Program-made: the position numbers and the translations under genes
DNA from: an uncultured virus (IMG/VR IMGVR_UViG_3300049460_000369)
Lineage: Duplodnaviria; Heunggongvirae; Uroviricota; Caudoviricetes
Direction: 5' to 3' (one strand)
Virus record (IMG/VR): IMGVR_UViG_3300049460_000369
DNA length: 64,000 bases
The notes under the pieces: generated by a model
Database searches by the model: none
What the model was told of the DNA's origin: nothing
What the model saw: the letters and a program-made list of their open reading frames with translations, nothing else
Shown here: in pieces, positions 17,285-25,660 of the stretch
Layout: every line of letters begins with the position of its first letter
Position numbering within the stretch: position 1 is the stretch's first letter

Positions 17285-17614
17285 ATGAATATCATACACC
17301 TCTACTGCGGCGAGCCAACATGGGCGCCGCACAACGTTGAGATCCTGGGTGACCTCAAGTACACGGACATTGAAACGTTCAAGGTTGGCTATGACCTGCG
17401 CGTTTATCAATGGGGCAACGAGGTCCGTAGGGTATTCACCAACAGCAAGTTGATCCTCGATGGCGTACGTCAGGCGATCAAGGAATCCCGCTTGCACAAT
17501 AGTCAAGTGATCCTCAAATACATGGTGGGCGATAAAACCCACGACATCAAATTCTCACCAACGGGCAACTACGTGGGTGAAGCCAAAAAACTCCTCCAGG
17601 CCTCCTTCAAATGA
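17285..17614 (+). CDS. diverged paralog of the DUF3696-like fragment
   Basis: VFTNSKLILDGVRQAIKE...QV...IKFSPTG matches upstream gene. Confidence 0.6.
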   Translation: MNIIHLYCGEPTWAPHNVEILGDLKYTDIETFKVGYDLRVYQWGNEVRRVFTNSKLILDGVRQAIKESRLHNSQVILKYMVGDKTHDIKFSPTGNYVGEAKKLLQASFK

Positions 17615-17615
17615 C

Positions 17616-17644
17616 TTGATTCCTTGTTCAAATGAATGTATAAT
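17616..17644 (+). promoter_or_regulatory. early promoter TTGATT-N17-TATAAT with GTTCAAATGAA box
   Basis: Direct reading of sequence. Confidence 0.75.
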
Positions 17645-17669
17645 CGCATTATTGAACAAGGAGAGAATC

Positions 17670-18008
17670 ATGTCGGACGACAACCTGGAAAACTACGCTC
17701 ACAAGCTCCACCCAAATGGTCACCGTTACGTGGGTACCGTGGGCAACACGCCGGTATGGGCGGTGGATGTTCAACCAGGTGACGGCAAGATCCGCAACGC
17801 ATGGGGACTAGAAGTTCACGTCACTGACGAATACGTGCATTATACCTATCCTGAAGCTGAAGCCAAGCAACTTATGCGAGATATGCGTGACGTCTGGGAA
17901 CGTGTCGAATCTGGGCGTGCATCTACCGATGATCTCCGTTTCATGATGGAGGCGGCGGCAAAGTATGAACGGCGTTGCGCCGATGAAGCGGCGGCTGGCG
18001 ATGCCTAA
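17670..18008 (+). CDS. hypothetical protein
   Basis: AAGGAG RBS before ATG 17670. Confidence 0.75.
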   Translation: MSDDNLENYAHKLHPNGHRYVGTVGNTPVWAVDVQPGDGKIRNAWGLEVHVTDEYVHYTYPEAEAKQLMRDMRDVWERVESGRASTDDLRFMMEAAAKYERRCADEAAAGDA

Positions 18009-18231
18009 TTATCAGACCGACACTGACGGCAAGACTCCACTGCGAATGTGGAGCAATGCCCGTGATTGGAATGGTGACTTCACGTCAGCCATCCATCTTG
18101 TTCACCCAGTTACGGGCGACTCACTCTGTGGGCTGTTGAAAAACAGCGGCGTGGGTTTCCCTGAAGATAGTAGTCTGGATTACGATCAAGTAATCTCCTG
18201 CAAACGTTGCCTCAAGATAGCGAAACCATAA
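18001..18231 (+). CDS. small Zn-binding hypothetical protein
   Basis: HLV...SLCG...SCKRC. Confidence 0.6.
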   Translation: MPNYQTDTDGKTPLRMWSNARDWNGDFTSAIHLVHPVTGDSLCGLLKNSGVGFPEDSSLDYDQVISCKRCLKIAKP

Positions 18232-18455
18232 TGTCATTATACATCTGCGTCACAAATCCACGCCACCTGCAAGAACGTCGCGGCTATAGCTTACCTGCCC
18301 CAGAAGTGTTAGGCTGGTTGAAAACTAACCTCGATGGTGAATACGACGTCGAGCCCTATAGCAGTGGTTGTGATATTCATTTCAGCTCTGAAGCCGCTGC
18401 TGCATTTTATAAGCTGACCTGGTTTGGTCGCGAACCTGAAGCAATCTGTGAATAA
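18231..18455 (+). CDS. FKL-motif paralog family member
   Basis: VLGWLKTN...HFSSEAAAAFYKLTW. Confidence 0.7.
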   Translation: MSLYICVTNPRHLQERRGYSLPAPEVLGWLKTNLDGEYDVEPYSSGCDIHFSSEAAAAFYKLTWFGREPEAICE

Positions 18456-19680
18456 ACTATACGACGAGCTTTTTGCTCCAACGATTAACTGGTCCAACTT
18501 GTGCGAGATCATCCCTGACCTTGCCAAGCTGAACCAGACTCCCCAAGACGTACGCCATCATACCGAAGGCGACGTGGGCATCCACACACGCATGTGCCTT
18601 GACGAGCTGCGCAATGACGTCAAATGGCAAGCATTGACTTCTGTCGACCAATACAAATGCTTGTTGGCCGTATTGATGCACGACATCGCAAAGCCACAGC
18701 GCACCGTGTTGGAAGATGATGGCACCATTTCGTCCAAGGGCCACAGTGCAGCTGGTAACATCCAGACCCGAGGCATCTTGTGGCAGCTTGGGGTTGATCC
18801 TGCAATCCGTGAGTTTGCTTGCCGTGTTGCCAATTATCACCAACTTCCATTCTATCTGGAGAATCATCCAGCCCGTGACTACGAAATGCGCAAGCTGTCG
18901 TTGACATTGCCATTGAATCTGCTGTCGATTTGCAGTCGTGCCGATGCCGCTGGGCGTTTGACCACGCCACCAGAGAACAGGCAAAAGACTTTCGATGCTA
19001 TTGATATGTTCGATCTGTATGCCGAGGATCTTGGCCTCTGGAATAAACCGATGGTGCATGACAGTTTGACTGAACGCGGCATCTACCTGGAGAAACGCGG
19101 CGCGATTGATCCGTCGTACCCTTGGCCTACTGCCCACAAACGTGGTCTCCTGATCGCCATGTGTGGTTTGCCATGTTCAGGCAAAAGCACCATTTCAACT
19201 GCTTGGGACATTCCGGTAATCGGATTGGACTGGGCCCGAGAAGAATTGGATGTCGGCCACGGTGATGCAAAGGGTGAAGGTCAAGCCAAACAAAAAGCGT
19301 CTGCTGAACTGAAAGCACTTCTTGGCGCCGGTTCGTCTGTTGTGTTTGATGCAACCAACTTGGAGAAAGACAAACGTGATCGTTTGGTCTCCACCGCTTC
19401 GGCATACTTAGCCGACACGGTGTTCATTCATGTGGAGTCCACATATGAAATGTGGTTGAAACAGATCAAGAGCCGGGGCGATACTAGCCCAAGTGATAAA
19501 ACGCTTCAGGGCATGATACGTCGCTGGGGAGCACCGTTGGGTGACGAGGGTTCGGCCCAAGTGTTTATTAATGATGGAAGCGTCATAGATGTCTGGGGAT
19601 CGCTTAAAATGTCAGCGGCGGCGTCAGTTATCGCACGGGCGGAATACTTGAACAAGAATCCATTGGGGAAGCCCATCTAG
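18448..19680 (+). CDS. HD-domain phosphohydrolase fused to AAA_33 P-loop kinase (polynucleotide kinase/phosphatase-like)
   Basis: HHTEGDV..HT, MHDIAK, AD..GR; GLPCSGKST Walker A, VFDATNL. Confidence 0.85.
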   Translation: MNKLYDELFAPTINWSNLCEIIPDLAKLNQTPQDVRHHTEGDVGIHTRMCLDELRNDVKWQALTSVDQYKCLLAVLMHDIAKPQRTVLEDDGTISSKGHSAAGNIQTRGILWQLGVDPAIREFACRVANYHQLPFYLENHPARDYEMRKLSLTLPLNLLSICSRADAAGRLTTPPENRQKTFDAIDMFDLYAEDLGLWNKPMVHDSLTERGIYLEKRGAIDPSYPWPTAHKRGLLIAMCGLPCSGKSTISTAWDIPVIGLDWAREELDVGHGDAKGEGQAKQKASAELKALLGAGSSVVFDATNLEKDKRDRLVSTASAYLADTVFIHVESTYEMWLKQIKSRGDTSPSDKTLQGMIRRWGAPLGDEGSAQVFINDGSVIDVWGSLKMSAAASVIARAEYLNKNPLGKPI

Positions 19681-19689
19681 GAGAACAGC

Positions 19690-19806
19690 ATGGATAAGAG
19701 CAAACCGTTTTTTCAACATGGATTTTGGTGGTGGTGGGACGAAGCGCGCAATGATTGGTTCGTTGCAAATGCTCCATGCTTTGGTAAGCCAGCCTTCGTC
19801 AAATAG
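19690..19806 (+). CDS. 38-aa Trp-rich peptide
   Basis: TAGGAG RBS; MDKSKPFFQHGFWWWWDEARNDWF... Confidence 0.55.
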   Translation: MDKSKPFFQHGFWWWWDEARNDWFVANAPCFGKPAFVK

Positions 19807-19835
19807 TTGACTTCCACTTCATTTGACTATACACT
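19807..19835 (+). promoter_or_regulatory. early promoter TTGACT-N17-TACACT with TTCATTTGA box
   Basis: Direct reading of sequence. Confidence 0.65.
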
Positions 19836-19864
19836 CAATGTATTGTCAACGAACTGGAATAATC

Positions 19865-20203
19865 ATGAATCTCGTATCGTCTGCTATCGGTGAAGGCACT
19901 CAGTTCAGTAACCTGGGCTATCTGTATGGTCTCATGGGCGAACTGCGCGGTGTAAACGCCCAGAAACAAACCATCTACCTGCTGCAAGAATACAAATGCG
20001 GCAAGCCAGAATCCTCCAAATTCTATCAAGCCACGATGTTCACCAGTGGTGAATTTGGCTGGGAGTTGACGTTCTATCTGGACATCATGACCCACGACAC
20101 CAGCCGTCCTGAAGGCGACCAAGTCCAGATCTTCCGGCTGACCGCCAAACCCGATGGTACTCGCACAGGCGAAATCCTCCCTTACCCTTACAGCCGCCCA
20201 TAA
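19865..20203 (+). CDS. hypothetical protein
   Basis: ATG after promoter. Confidence 0.7.
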   Translation: MNLVSSAIGEGTQFSNLGYLYGLMGELRGVNAQKQTIYLLQEYKCGKPESSKFYQATMFTSGEFGWELTFYLDIMTHDTSRPEGDQVQIFRLTAKPDGTRTGEILPYPYSRP

Positions 20204-20204
20204 T

Positions 20205-20477
20205 ATGTGCAAACTGACCCAAGACGAACGCGAACAAATTCAACGCGATACCATTCGTGCGATGTTGAATTTGTTCCAGGTAGACGGCTCGGACTTCCGT
20301 GAGAATTCCAACAACGGCGTCATCCGTCTTACTCTCTACACTGATGTGGTTGATCCATGGAAAGTGTATCGTGGCGATGAGGTGATGGCCAACTTCCATA
20401 ATGGCTATCGTGGAACTGGATCGTTTAAGTTGAACGAGGCCACCGTCGATCTCGTGCTGAACCAGATCAAAGAGTAG
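20205..20477 (+). CDS. hypothetical protein
   Basis: Coupled ORF. Confidence 0.65.
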   Translation: MCKLTQDEREQIQRDTIRAMLNLFQVDGSDFRENSNNGVIRLTLYTDVVDPWKVYRGDEVMANFHNGYRGTGSFKLNEATVDLVLNQIKE

Positions 20478-20506
20478 TTGATCTCTAGTTCATATGAACT
20501 TATAAT
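20478..20506 (+). promoter_or_regulatory. early promoter TTGATC-N17-TATAAT with perfect 14-bp palindrome AGTTCATATGAACT in the spacer
   Basis: Palindrome at 20487-20500. Confidence 0.8.
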
Positions 20507-20537
20507 CGCCACAAGTTAAACGAAACGGAGTAAATTC

Positions 20538-21044
20538 ATGCCTGCACAGACCGCCGCCAAGGCCGCAGTTAAAAAAGTGGCCACCAAACCAGTACTGAGC
20601 GCTGATGAAAAGAAAGCAGCTCGTCTGGCAAAAAAAGCACGTGAAGAAGCTGAGGCCGCCGCCGCCCAAGCAGAACGTCAAGCAGCACAGGCCAAGTTCA
20701 TGGCTGAACTGCCATTGGTCACGTTGAAGCTGATGGCACGCTTCCAGCGTCGCTTTTCCGATGGTTGCTCGGTCGAAGGCAAGGCCACGCCTGACGATTT
20801 GCTGCGGGTTGAATTCTGCTTCCCAGACCCAACCGATCATCGCGGTCGTACAGACGACGTCTGCATCTACCTGGATTCGTTCTCCTGGAATGTCGAAAAC
20901 GATCTGCACGACATCACTCGTCGGCTGGACGACCTGGATGCAGCCGATGCTGAAGAAGCGCGTCTGCGTGCAATCGCCCAAGAAACGTACGACAACTTGA
21001 CCGAAGAACAACGCAAGGCCCTGGGCCTGAATCGTCGCCCATAA
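20538..21044 (+). CDS. hypothetical protein with Ala/Lys-rich N-terminus
   Basis: GGAG RBS; 168 aa. Confidence 0.8.
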   Translation: MPAQTAAKAAVKKVATKPVLSADEKKAARLAKKAREEAEAAAAQAERQAAQAKFMAELPLVTLKLMARFQRRFSDGCSVEGKATPDDLLRVEFCFPDPTDHRGRTDDVCIYLDSFSWNVENDLHDITRRLDDLDAADAEEARLRAIAQETYDNLTEEQRKALGLNRRP

Positions 21045-21079
21045 TCGGTGGGGCACAATGCCCCATCTCAGGAGAAATC

Positions 21080-21418
21080 ATGAAAGTATTCATTGCCACT
21101 CTGGCTAATACCTGGAAGTTCCACGAAACCAGCATTGCGGAAACGCATAAGAAAGTGGCAGAACTGGCCACCAAGCTGTTGAATGCCTTCGACGGCAACC
21201 GGCTGACTGGCTTGCCGCAGATGCTGAACAACAATCACCACTCCTGGTCGATCGACGGCAACAACGACTGGTGGCTGATCTTCAACGAAGATGAACCGTA
21301 TTCGTTCGAATTCCGCCATCGCTACGGTACGGCTGAAAACGAACACGTTCGCAAAGCACTGACCGACTGGTTCGCTTACCGCATTGGCGGTACAGTCGTG
21401 ACCGAAGTTGAACGTTAA
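21080..21418 (+). CDS. hypothetical protein
   Basis: AGGAG RBS. Confidence 0.75.
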   Translation: MKVFIATLANTWKFHETSIAETHKKVAELATKLLNAFDGNRLTGLPQMLNNNHHSWSIDGNNDWWLIFNEDEPYSFEFRHRYGTAENEHVRKALTDWFAYRIGGTVVTEVER

Positions 21419-21421
21419 GAC

Positions 21422-21450
21422 TTAATTTCTGGTTCATTTGAGCTTATAAT
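21422..21450 (+). promoter_or_regulatory. early promoter TTAATT-N17-TATAAT with GTTCATTTGA box
   Basis: Direct reading of sequence. Confidence 0.65.
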
Positions 21451-21475
21451 TCAAGTCTACTAACAGGGAGCGAAT

Positions 21476-21823
21476 ATGATCTTTCACGAAATCGATGGCA
21501 AAAAACTGGGCGAAGTCCGTACTGAAGACTTCCTGAACTTCATCACGGATCATATTTTCTTCCGTTTCTTCGACTCGGGGCGCACTGGTATCCAATATGC
21601 CACCACCGACCTGGTTGACTGCCTGATCAAGCTGTTTGAAGATCGTGGCGAACTGAACAAAGGCCAAATCGACGACACCCAATACCAGGAACTGAATCGT
21701 GATGCCCAGAAGCTGATCGTCAACGGCCTAATCGAAGAAGGTACGACCGGCATTTACAATGCGGCCTTCAAGATGTACAACTACATCGGCCAACTGCCCA
21801 AGAAGCCCGCAAAAAAGAAATAA
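21476..21823 (+). CDS. hypothetical protein
   Basis: GGGAG RBS. Confidence 0.75.
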   Translation: MIFHEIDGKKLGEVRTEDFLNFITDHIFFRFFDSGRTGIQYATTDLVDCLIKLFEDRGELNKGQIDDTQYQELNRDAQKLIVNGLIEEGTTGIYNAAFKMYNYIGQLPKKPAKKK

Positions 21824-21886
21824 TCACCTTACCTTGACGGTAAGCCATATTGGCGTAATACTGGCGTTTTGTTCCAGTATTACGCC

Positions 21887-22162
21887 ATGTTCATTACCAC
21901 CACACCATATTCAGCCGATGATGTTTCCCAACTGATTCTCCATAGTTTGATCTCGAAAGGGATTCAGATGGAAGAAGCAACCACGATCATTGGCCGTGGC
22001 AATACAGCTCTTCGTTTGTGGACTCAGGATCGTGACGAGGTCAATCGTTTGATCGAAGACTACACGGACGCTATTGCGAGACTCAAACGATATGCAGGTG
22101 ACGCCCAATTGTCATATGCAATGTTTCTGAGCATGGCTGACAGCATTGCCCGCACCATCTAA
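21887..22162 (+). CDS. hypothetical protein
   Basis: ORF after TTGACG/TAATAC-like promoter. Confidence 0.6.
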   Translation: MFITTTPYSADDVSQLILHSLISKGIQMEEATTIIGRGNTALRLWTQDRDEVNRLIEDYTDAIARLKRYAGDAQLSYAMFLSMADSIARTI

Positions 22163-22165
22163 CCC

Positions 22166-22423
22166 ATGAAACACTTTCTGCTTCGTCCGTTAAGTCACTT
22201 CGTGCATAAAAGTGTTTGGTTCGACTATTGGATGTTTGCAATGTTGTTCACAGGAATTTGGTATTATGTTGACCTGATGTTTTACCTTTTGGGTGATTAT
22301 GTGTTTAATCTGGTAGTCATGTTTGCAAACATATTCGTGATTGGAAACATGATTTCTGGATGGATCAATTTGCAAATCTATATCGAACGTGTAGTCCCCA
22401 AGAAAGTCAGTAACCATGCGTGA
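22166..22423 (+). CDS. small membrane protein
   Basis: Two hydrophobic segments. Confidence 0.6.
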   Translation: MKHFLLRPLSHFVHKSVWFDYWMFAMLFTGIWYYVDLMFYLLGDYVFNLVVMFANIFVIGNMISGWINLQIYIERVVPKKVSNHA

Positions 22424-22631
22424 ATTCATCCACACCCCACTGGCAAAGTTCCTTGAGCTATTGATTGCTGGCTTTATGGGCTTCCAGGTCCCAAGTACCC
22501 TGACTTGGTTGTTTGGTACAGAGCCGGGTAATGGTGCTGTATTGCTGCTCTCCATCTTCGTTGGCTTCATGGCCGGCGTTGGCATTGGTAGAATATGCAA
22601 CAACATCCGCGCCCAATATCCCCTAGAATAA
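22416..22631 (+). CDS. small membrane protein
   Basis: Two hydrophobic segments. Confidence 0.6.
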   Translation: MREFIHTPLAKFLELLIAGFMGFQVPSTLTWLFGTEPGNGAVLLLSIFVGFMAGVGIGRICNNIRAQYPLE

Positions 22632-22634
22632 TGG

Positions 22635-22663
22635 TTGATTTAGTGTTCATTTGAATCTATAAT
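22635..22663 (+). promoter_or_regulatory. early promoter TTGATT-N17-TATAAT with GTTCATTTGAA box
   Basis: Direct reading of sequence. Confidence 0.75.
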
Positions 22664-22685
22664 GGCAACATTACCGGAGACGCAA

Positions 22686-22910
22686 ATGACCACGCAATAC
22701 CTCGTCCTGAACGAAAACACTCTCTGCTATCGCATTGAAGGCGACCCCATGTTGGGCGTACTGGGTGGTAAACCTCAGCTGGGTGGCAAATCCAATTCGC
22801 CGTTGGAAGAACCATTCTACCCCAGCCCGTTGGACAAAGAACGTCCAGCCACTAAGGCCGACTTTGCGTATTTCAGGGTCAGTTCCAAAGGCTACAATCT
22901 CAAGGAGTAA
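22686..22910 (+). CDS. hypothetical protein
   Basis: GGAG RBS; YLVLNENTLCY...RPATKADF..FRV. Confidence 0.7.
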   Translation: MTTQYLVLNENTLCYRIEGDPMLGVLGGKPQLGGKSNSPLEEPFYPSPLDKERPATKADFAYFRVSSKGYNLKE

Positions 22911-22912
22911 TC

Positions 22913-23188
22913 ATGTTCGTAATTCGCAGCGAAAGCTACCCAGGTGGTCCAAACAAGGCATCGGGCAAACCTGATGGCATGATGGTTCGTGAAGACGGCT
23001 GGTTCACGGACAATAAGGCCTCTGCCAAACTGTTCAACACCGTGGATGAAGCAGTCAAGCATCACACTGATGTTTTGGTGCCGCTGTGGGGTCCTGGTGC
23101 TGGCAGTAAAGATGTTCACGTGGTTGAAGTTGAAGTCAAATACGTGGTCGCCAAAGCCAGTAAAGTCAGTCTGGTGGAATTAGCTTGA
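22913..23188 (+). CDS. hypothetical protein
   Basis: AAGGAG RBS. Confidence 0.75.
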   Translation: MFVIRSESYPGGPNKASGKPDGMMVREDGWFTDNKASAKLFNTVDEAVKHHTDVLVPLWGPGAGSKDVHVVEVEVKYVVAKASKVSLVELA

Positions 23189-23214
23189 CTGTGATTCATT
23201 TGACGTGTTATATT
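23185..23214 (+). promoter_or_regulatory. early promoter TTGACT...TATATT with TTCATTTGA box
   Basis: Direct reading of sequence (18-nt spacer). Confidence 0.6.
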
Positions 23215-23242
23215 CCGAACACTTAAATGAACAGGACATATC

Positions 23243-23575
23243 ATGCCAAACGATATCGAAGCAACGCAGAAGCAAAACGATGAAATCCTGGTCGAGCTGC
23301 GTAAGCACTACCCATCGGCACCACGCCTGACCATGACCGCTAGCAACAACCTGGGCTTCCGCGGTCTGCACCTACACCTGGGTTTGGGCAAAGACCACTA
23401 CGTCAACGACGGCATCCGCGACCTGACTGCGCTGCTGGAAATCGTCAAGGGCTTCATGGCCGGCCACACAATCGGTATGGGTGATGGCATGAATGTGGTT
23501 CAAGCCCGTCTGCACAATGCACTGGGCTTCGATGTGGACTCTGACACCAACGCTGTTACCTACTCGGGCAACTAA
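23243..23575 (+). CDS. hypothetical protein
   Basis: AGGA RBS. Confidence 0.75.
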   Translation: MPNDIEATQKQNDEILVELRKHYPSAPRLTMTASNNLGFRGLHLHLGLGKDHYVNDGIRDLTALLEIVKGFMAGHTIGMGDGMNVVQARLHNALGFDVDSDTNAVTYSGN

Positions 23576-23576
23576 G

Positions 23577-23945
23577 ATGAACGGATACTACAACGCTGAC
23601 AAACCAGAAGAACTGGTTGTGATCATCCTAGAAATCAACCACTATCGCGTCGTCAGCCATCTGTACAATCTGACCCCCGAAGTAGTTGATCATTCGGTGC
23701 GGTTCTACCCGAACAATCCCAAGTACGCACAACTGGACGTTCGCGAATACGAGTTCGGCAAAGCACATGATTTGAAAGATCAGCCACCGTTTGAATACCT
23801 GGGTTTCATCATTGACCGGGTTGAAAATGAACAACAGACCCGCGCCAAAGCACGCGAGATCCTGAATGCACAACGTCTGCGCCTCATCGCTGACCTGGCA
23901 ACGCATACCGCGAAACTGTCCCAGATGTCAGTGCTGGACTGGTAA
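23577..23945 (+). CDS. hypothetical protein
   Basis: Coupled ORF. Confidence 0.7.
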   Translation: MNGYYNADKPEELVVIILEINHYRVVSHLYNLTPEVVDHSVRFYPNNPKYAQLDVREYEFGKAHDLKDQPPFEYLGFIIDRVENEQQTRAKAREILNAQRLRLIADLATHTAKLSQMSVLDW

Positions 23946-23968
23946 GACGGAAACATGATTGAAAGCGT

Positions 23969-23997
23969 TTGACTTCTTGGTCAAATGAACGTATCAT
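23969..23997 (+). promoter_or_regulatory. early promoter TTGACT-N17-TATCAT with GTCAAATGAAC box
   Basis: Direct reading of sequence. Confidence 0.75.
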
Positions 23998-24022
23998 GTT
24001 TGAACTAAATGGGAGAACAAAC

Positions 24023-24394
24023 ATGGACAAGATTCGTAAAGCAGTGCTGGAAAAGATTACCGCCAACTATATGGCGTTAAACGACGCCTTCATCAACGGT
24101 AGTCGCATTGCGTTCTTCTATGGTGCCAGAGAAGCATTGGTAATCCGAGTAGGCCATAGATCGTGGCCGCTGCCAATCGACAAAAAGCGTGTAGGTCGTC
24201 CAGTTGGCGAAGCTGTCCTGGCAATCCTGACCGAGACCAAAGTGGGCGCCAAGATCATCAAGCACGCTGAACGTCTGCTGATCCTCGAGCGTGCAGCACA
24301 AGTCAAAGTGCAAGAGGCACAAGCTCGGGCCGGTGCAATCGCCAATCTGGCTGTTCAACTGCGCACCAAAGTTCCAGTCACCTTCCGCGAATAA
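24023..24394 (+). CDS. hypothetical protein
   Basis: GGGAG RBS. Confidence 0.7.
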   Translation: MDKIRKAVLEKITANYMALNDAFINGSRIAFFYGAREALVIRVGHRSWPLPIDKKRVGRPVGEAVLAILTETKVGAKIIKHAERLLILERAAQVKVQEAQARAGAIANLAVQLRTKVPVTFRE

Positions 24395-24396
24395 TC

Positions 24397-24588
24397 ATGA
24401 AGATACGCAATCGTTTTGTCTCAGGTGACCAATACTCGATAGGTGGACGCGTGTTCAAATGCGTCATACTCGTCGAATATGGTCGTCAACTATTTGGTGT
24501 CCAGAAAGCCATTCTGGAGCACGATGGTACTCGCTACGTGGCTATTCGTTGGCCTGATGGCGAAGTCAACCGCATCACAAAGGCCTGA
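24397..24588 (+). CDS. hypothetical protein
   Basis: Coupled ORF. Confidence 0.6.
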   Translation: MKIRNRFVSGDQYSIGGRVFKCVILVEYGRQLFGVQKAILEHDGTRYVAIRWPDGEVNRITKA

Positions 24589-24589
24589 T

Positions 24590-24925
24590 ATGCGCTATAC
24601 TTGTATGCTCAGTAACTTTGGTAAAGAAGTAAGTGCCCATACGTTTGATATTCCATCTGACAATACCCGCTCGTATACCCTGCGGAGCATCCATGCTTTC
24701 CGGAGTCGCGAGCGGGCAGAACTAGTCAAAGCGTTGGAGCAGATGGCGAATACGGCATCAGATAAGATCATTCATCCAGAATGGAGCACGTATGTCCAAG
24801 CTGGTGATGGCATTGATCCCTACATGTATATGTTTCGGGATTGGCCACGGACGCATCATGCTTCCCTCTGGGATCTGTACAAAGCCATCGGCTACGATTA
24901 CAAGAAGCAGCGCTACGTCAAATAA
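24590..24925 (+). CDS. hypothetical protein
   Basis: ATG after previous stop; SLWDLYKAIGYDYKK. Confidence 0.65.
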   Translation: MRYTCMLSNFGKEVSAHTFDIPSDNTRSYTLRSIHAFRSRERAELVKALEQMANTASDKIIHPEWSTYVQAGDGIDPYMYMFRDWPRTHHASLWDLYKAIGYDYKKQRYVK

Positions 24926-24928
24926 TAG

Positions 24929-24957
24929 TTGATCGTTGGTTCATTTGAATCTATAAT
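24929..24957 (+). promoter_or_regulatory. early promoter TTGATC-N17-TATAAT with GTTCATTTGAA box
   Basis: Direct reading of sequence. Confidence 0.8.
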
Positions 24958-24988
24958 TGGAACAAGATAAACGAAACGGAGTAACGAC

Positions 24989-25351
24989 ATGTACGCAAAC
25001 CTGAACGACGCAGCAGCAATTGATCCAATCCTTGCTCCTGGTAAAGTTAAAATCTGGTACGTAAATGACAACGCGGACGGCGCCCGCGATTTCCGTTTCG
25101 GCGCAACCCCAGACAATCTCGTCGCAAATCTGAAAAACACTCACGTGCTGATCGGTTCGATACAAGGCTCCGCCAACATCGACGAAATCTTCGACGTCAT
25201 GCAAGGTGAAAACTGGAGCCCGAACGGCGAAGCACGCGAACTGATTCAGAAAGCCGGCACCTACCACACTAGCATGAGTGTAGGCGACATCATCGAAGAT
25301 GAAAACGGTATCTTCCACGTGGTTTCGGGCATCGGCTTCACCGTATTCTAA
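24989..25351 (+). CDS. YodL-like domain protein
   Basis: IDEIF...HTSMSVGDII.D..G...V..IGF. Confidence 0.6.
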   Translation: MYANLNDAAAIDPILAPGKVKIWYVNDNADGARDFRFGATPDNLVANLKNTHVLIGSIQGSANIDEIFDVMQGENWSPNGEARELIQKAGTYHTSMSVGDIIEDENGIFHVVSGIGFTVF

Positions 25352-25366
25352 TAGAAAGCACACATC

Positions 25367-25657
25367 ATGAAAATCGCACAAAACGCACACCAACTCGACG
25401 ATCTGCTGACCCTGACCATCTTCATGAAGCAAATGCAAGGCAGCGACAACGTGGCCGACTTTGACGCACTGCTGAACAAGTGCGGTTATCTGGAAAACGA
25501 CGACATCCTCAGCATCGAAAATGCTGTCCTGAGTATTGACGCCGACAATGACCCAGTACTGGGAATCGAATTCAAGTTCGAAAACGACGACGGCAACGTG
25601 GAGGTGGGGCACTTCTACGTGCGTGTCAAAGACGGCGCGGTGTCAGGCGACTTCTAA
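25367..25657 (+). CDS. acidic hypothetical protein
   Basis: 96 aa, Asp/Glu-rich. Confidence 0.7.
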   Translation: MKIAQNAHQLDDLLTLTIFMKQMQGSDNVADFDALLNKCGYLENDDILSIENAVLSIDADNDPVLGIEFKFENDDGNVEVGHFYVRVKDGAVSGDF

Positions 25658-25660
25658 ATC

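Noticed and set aside
19678..19806. Amber readthrough fusing the HD-kinase to the in-frame 38-aa Trp-rich peptide
   Set aside because: The TAG is part of the peptide's own TAGGAG RBS, and in-frame arrangement has a 1-in-3 chance; no further support.
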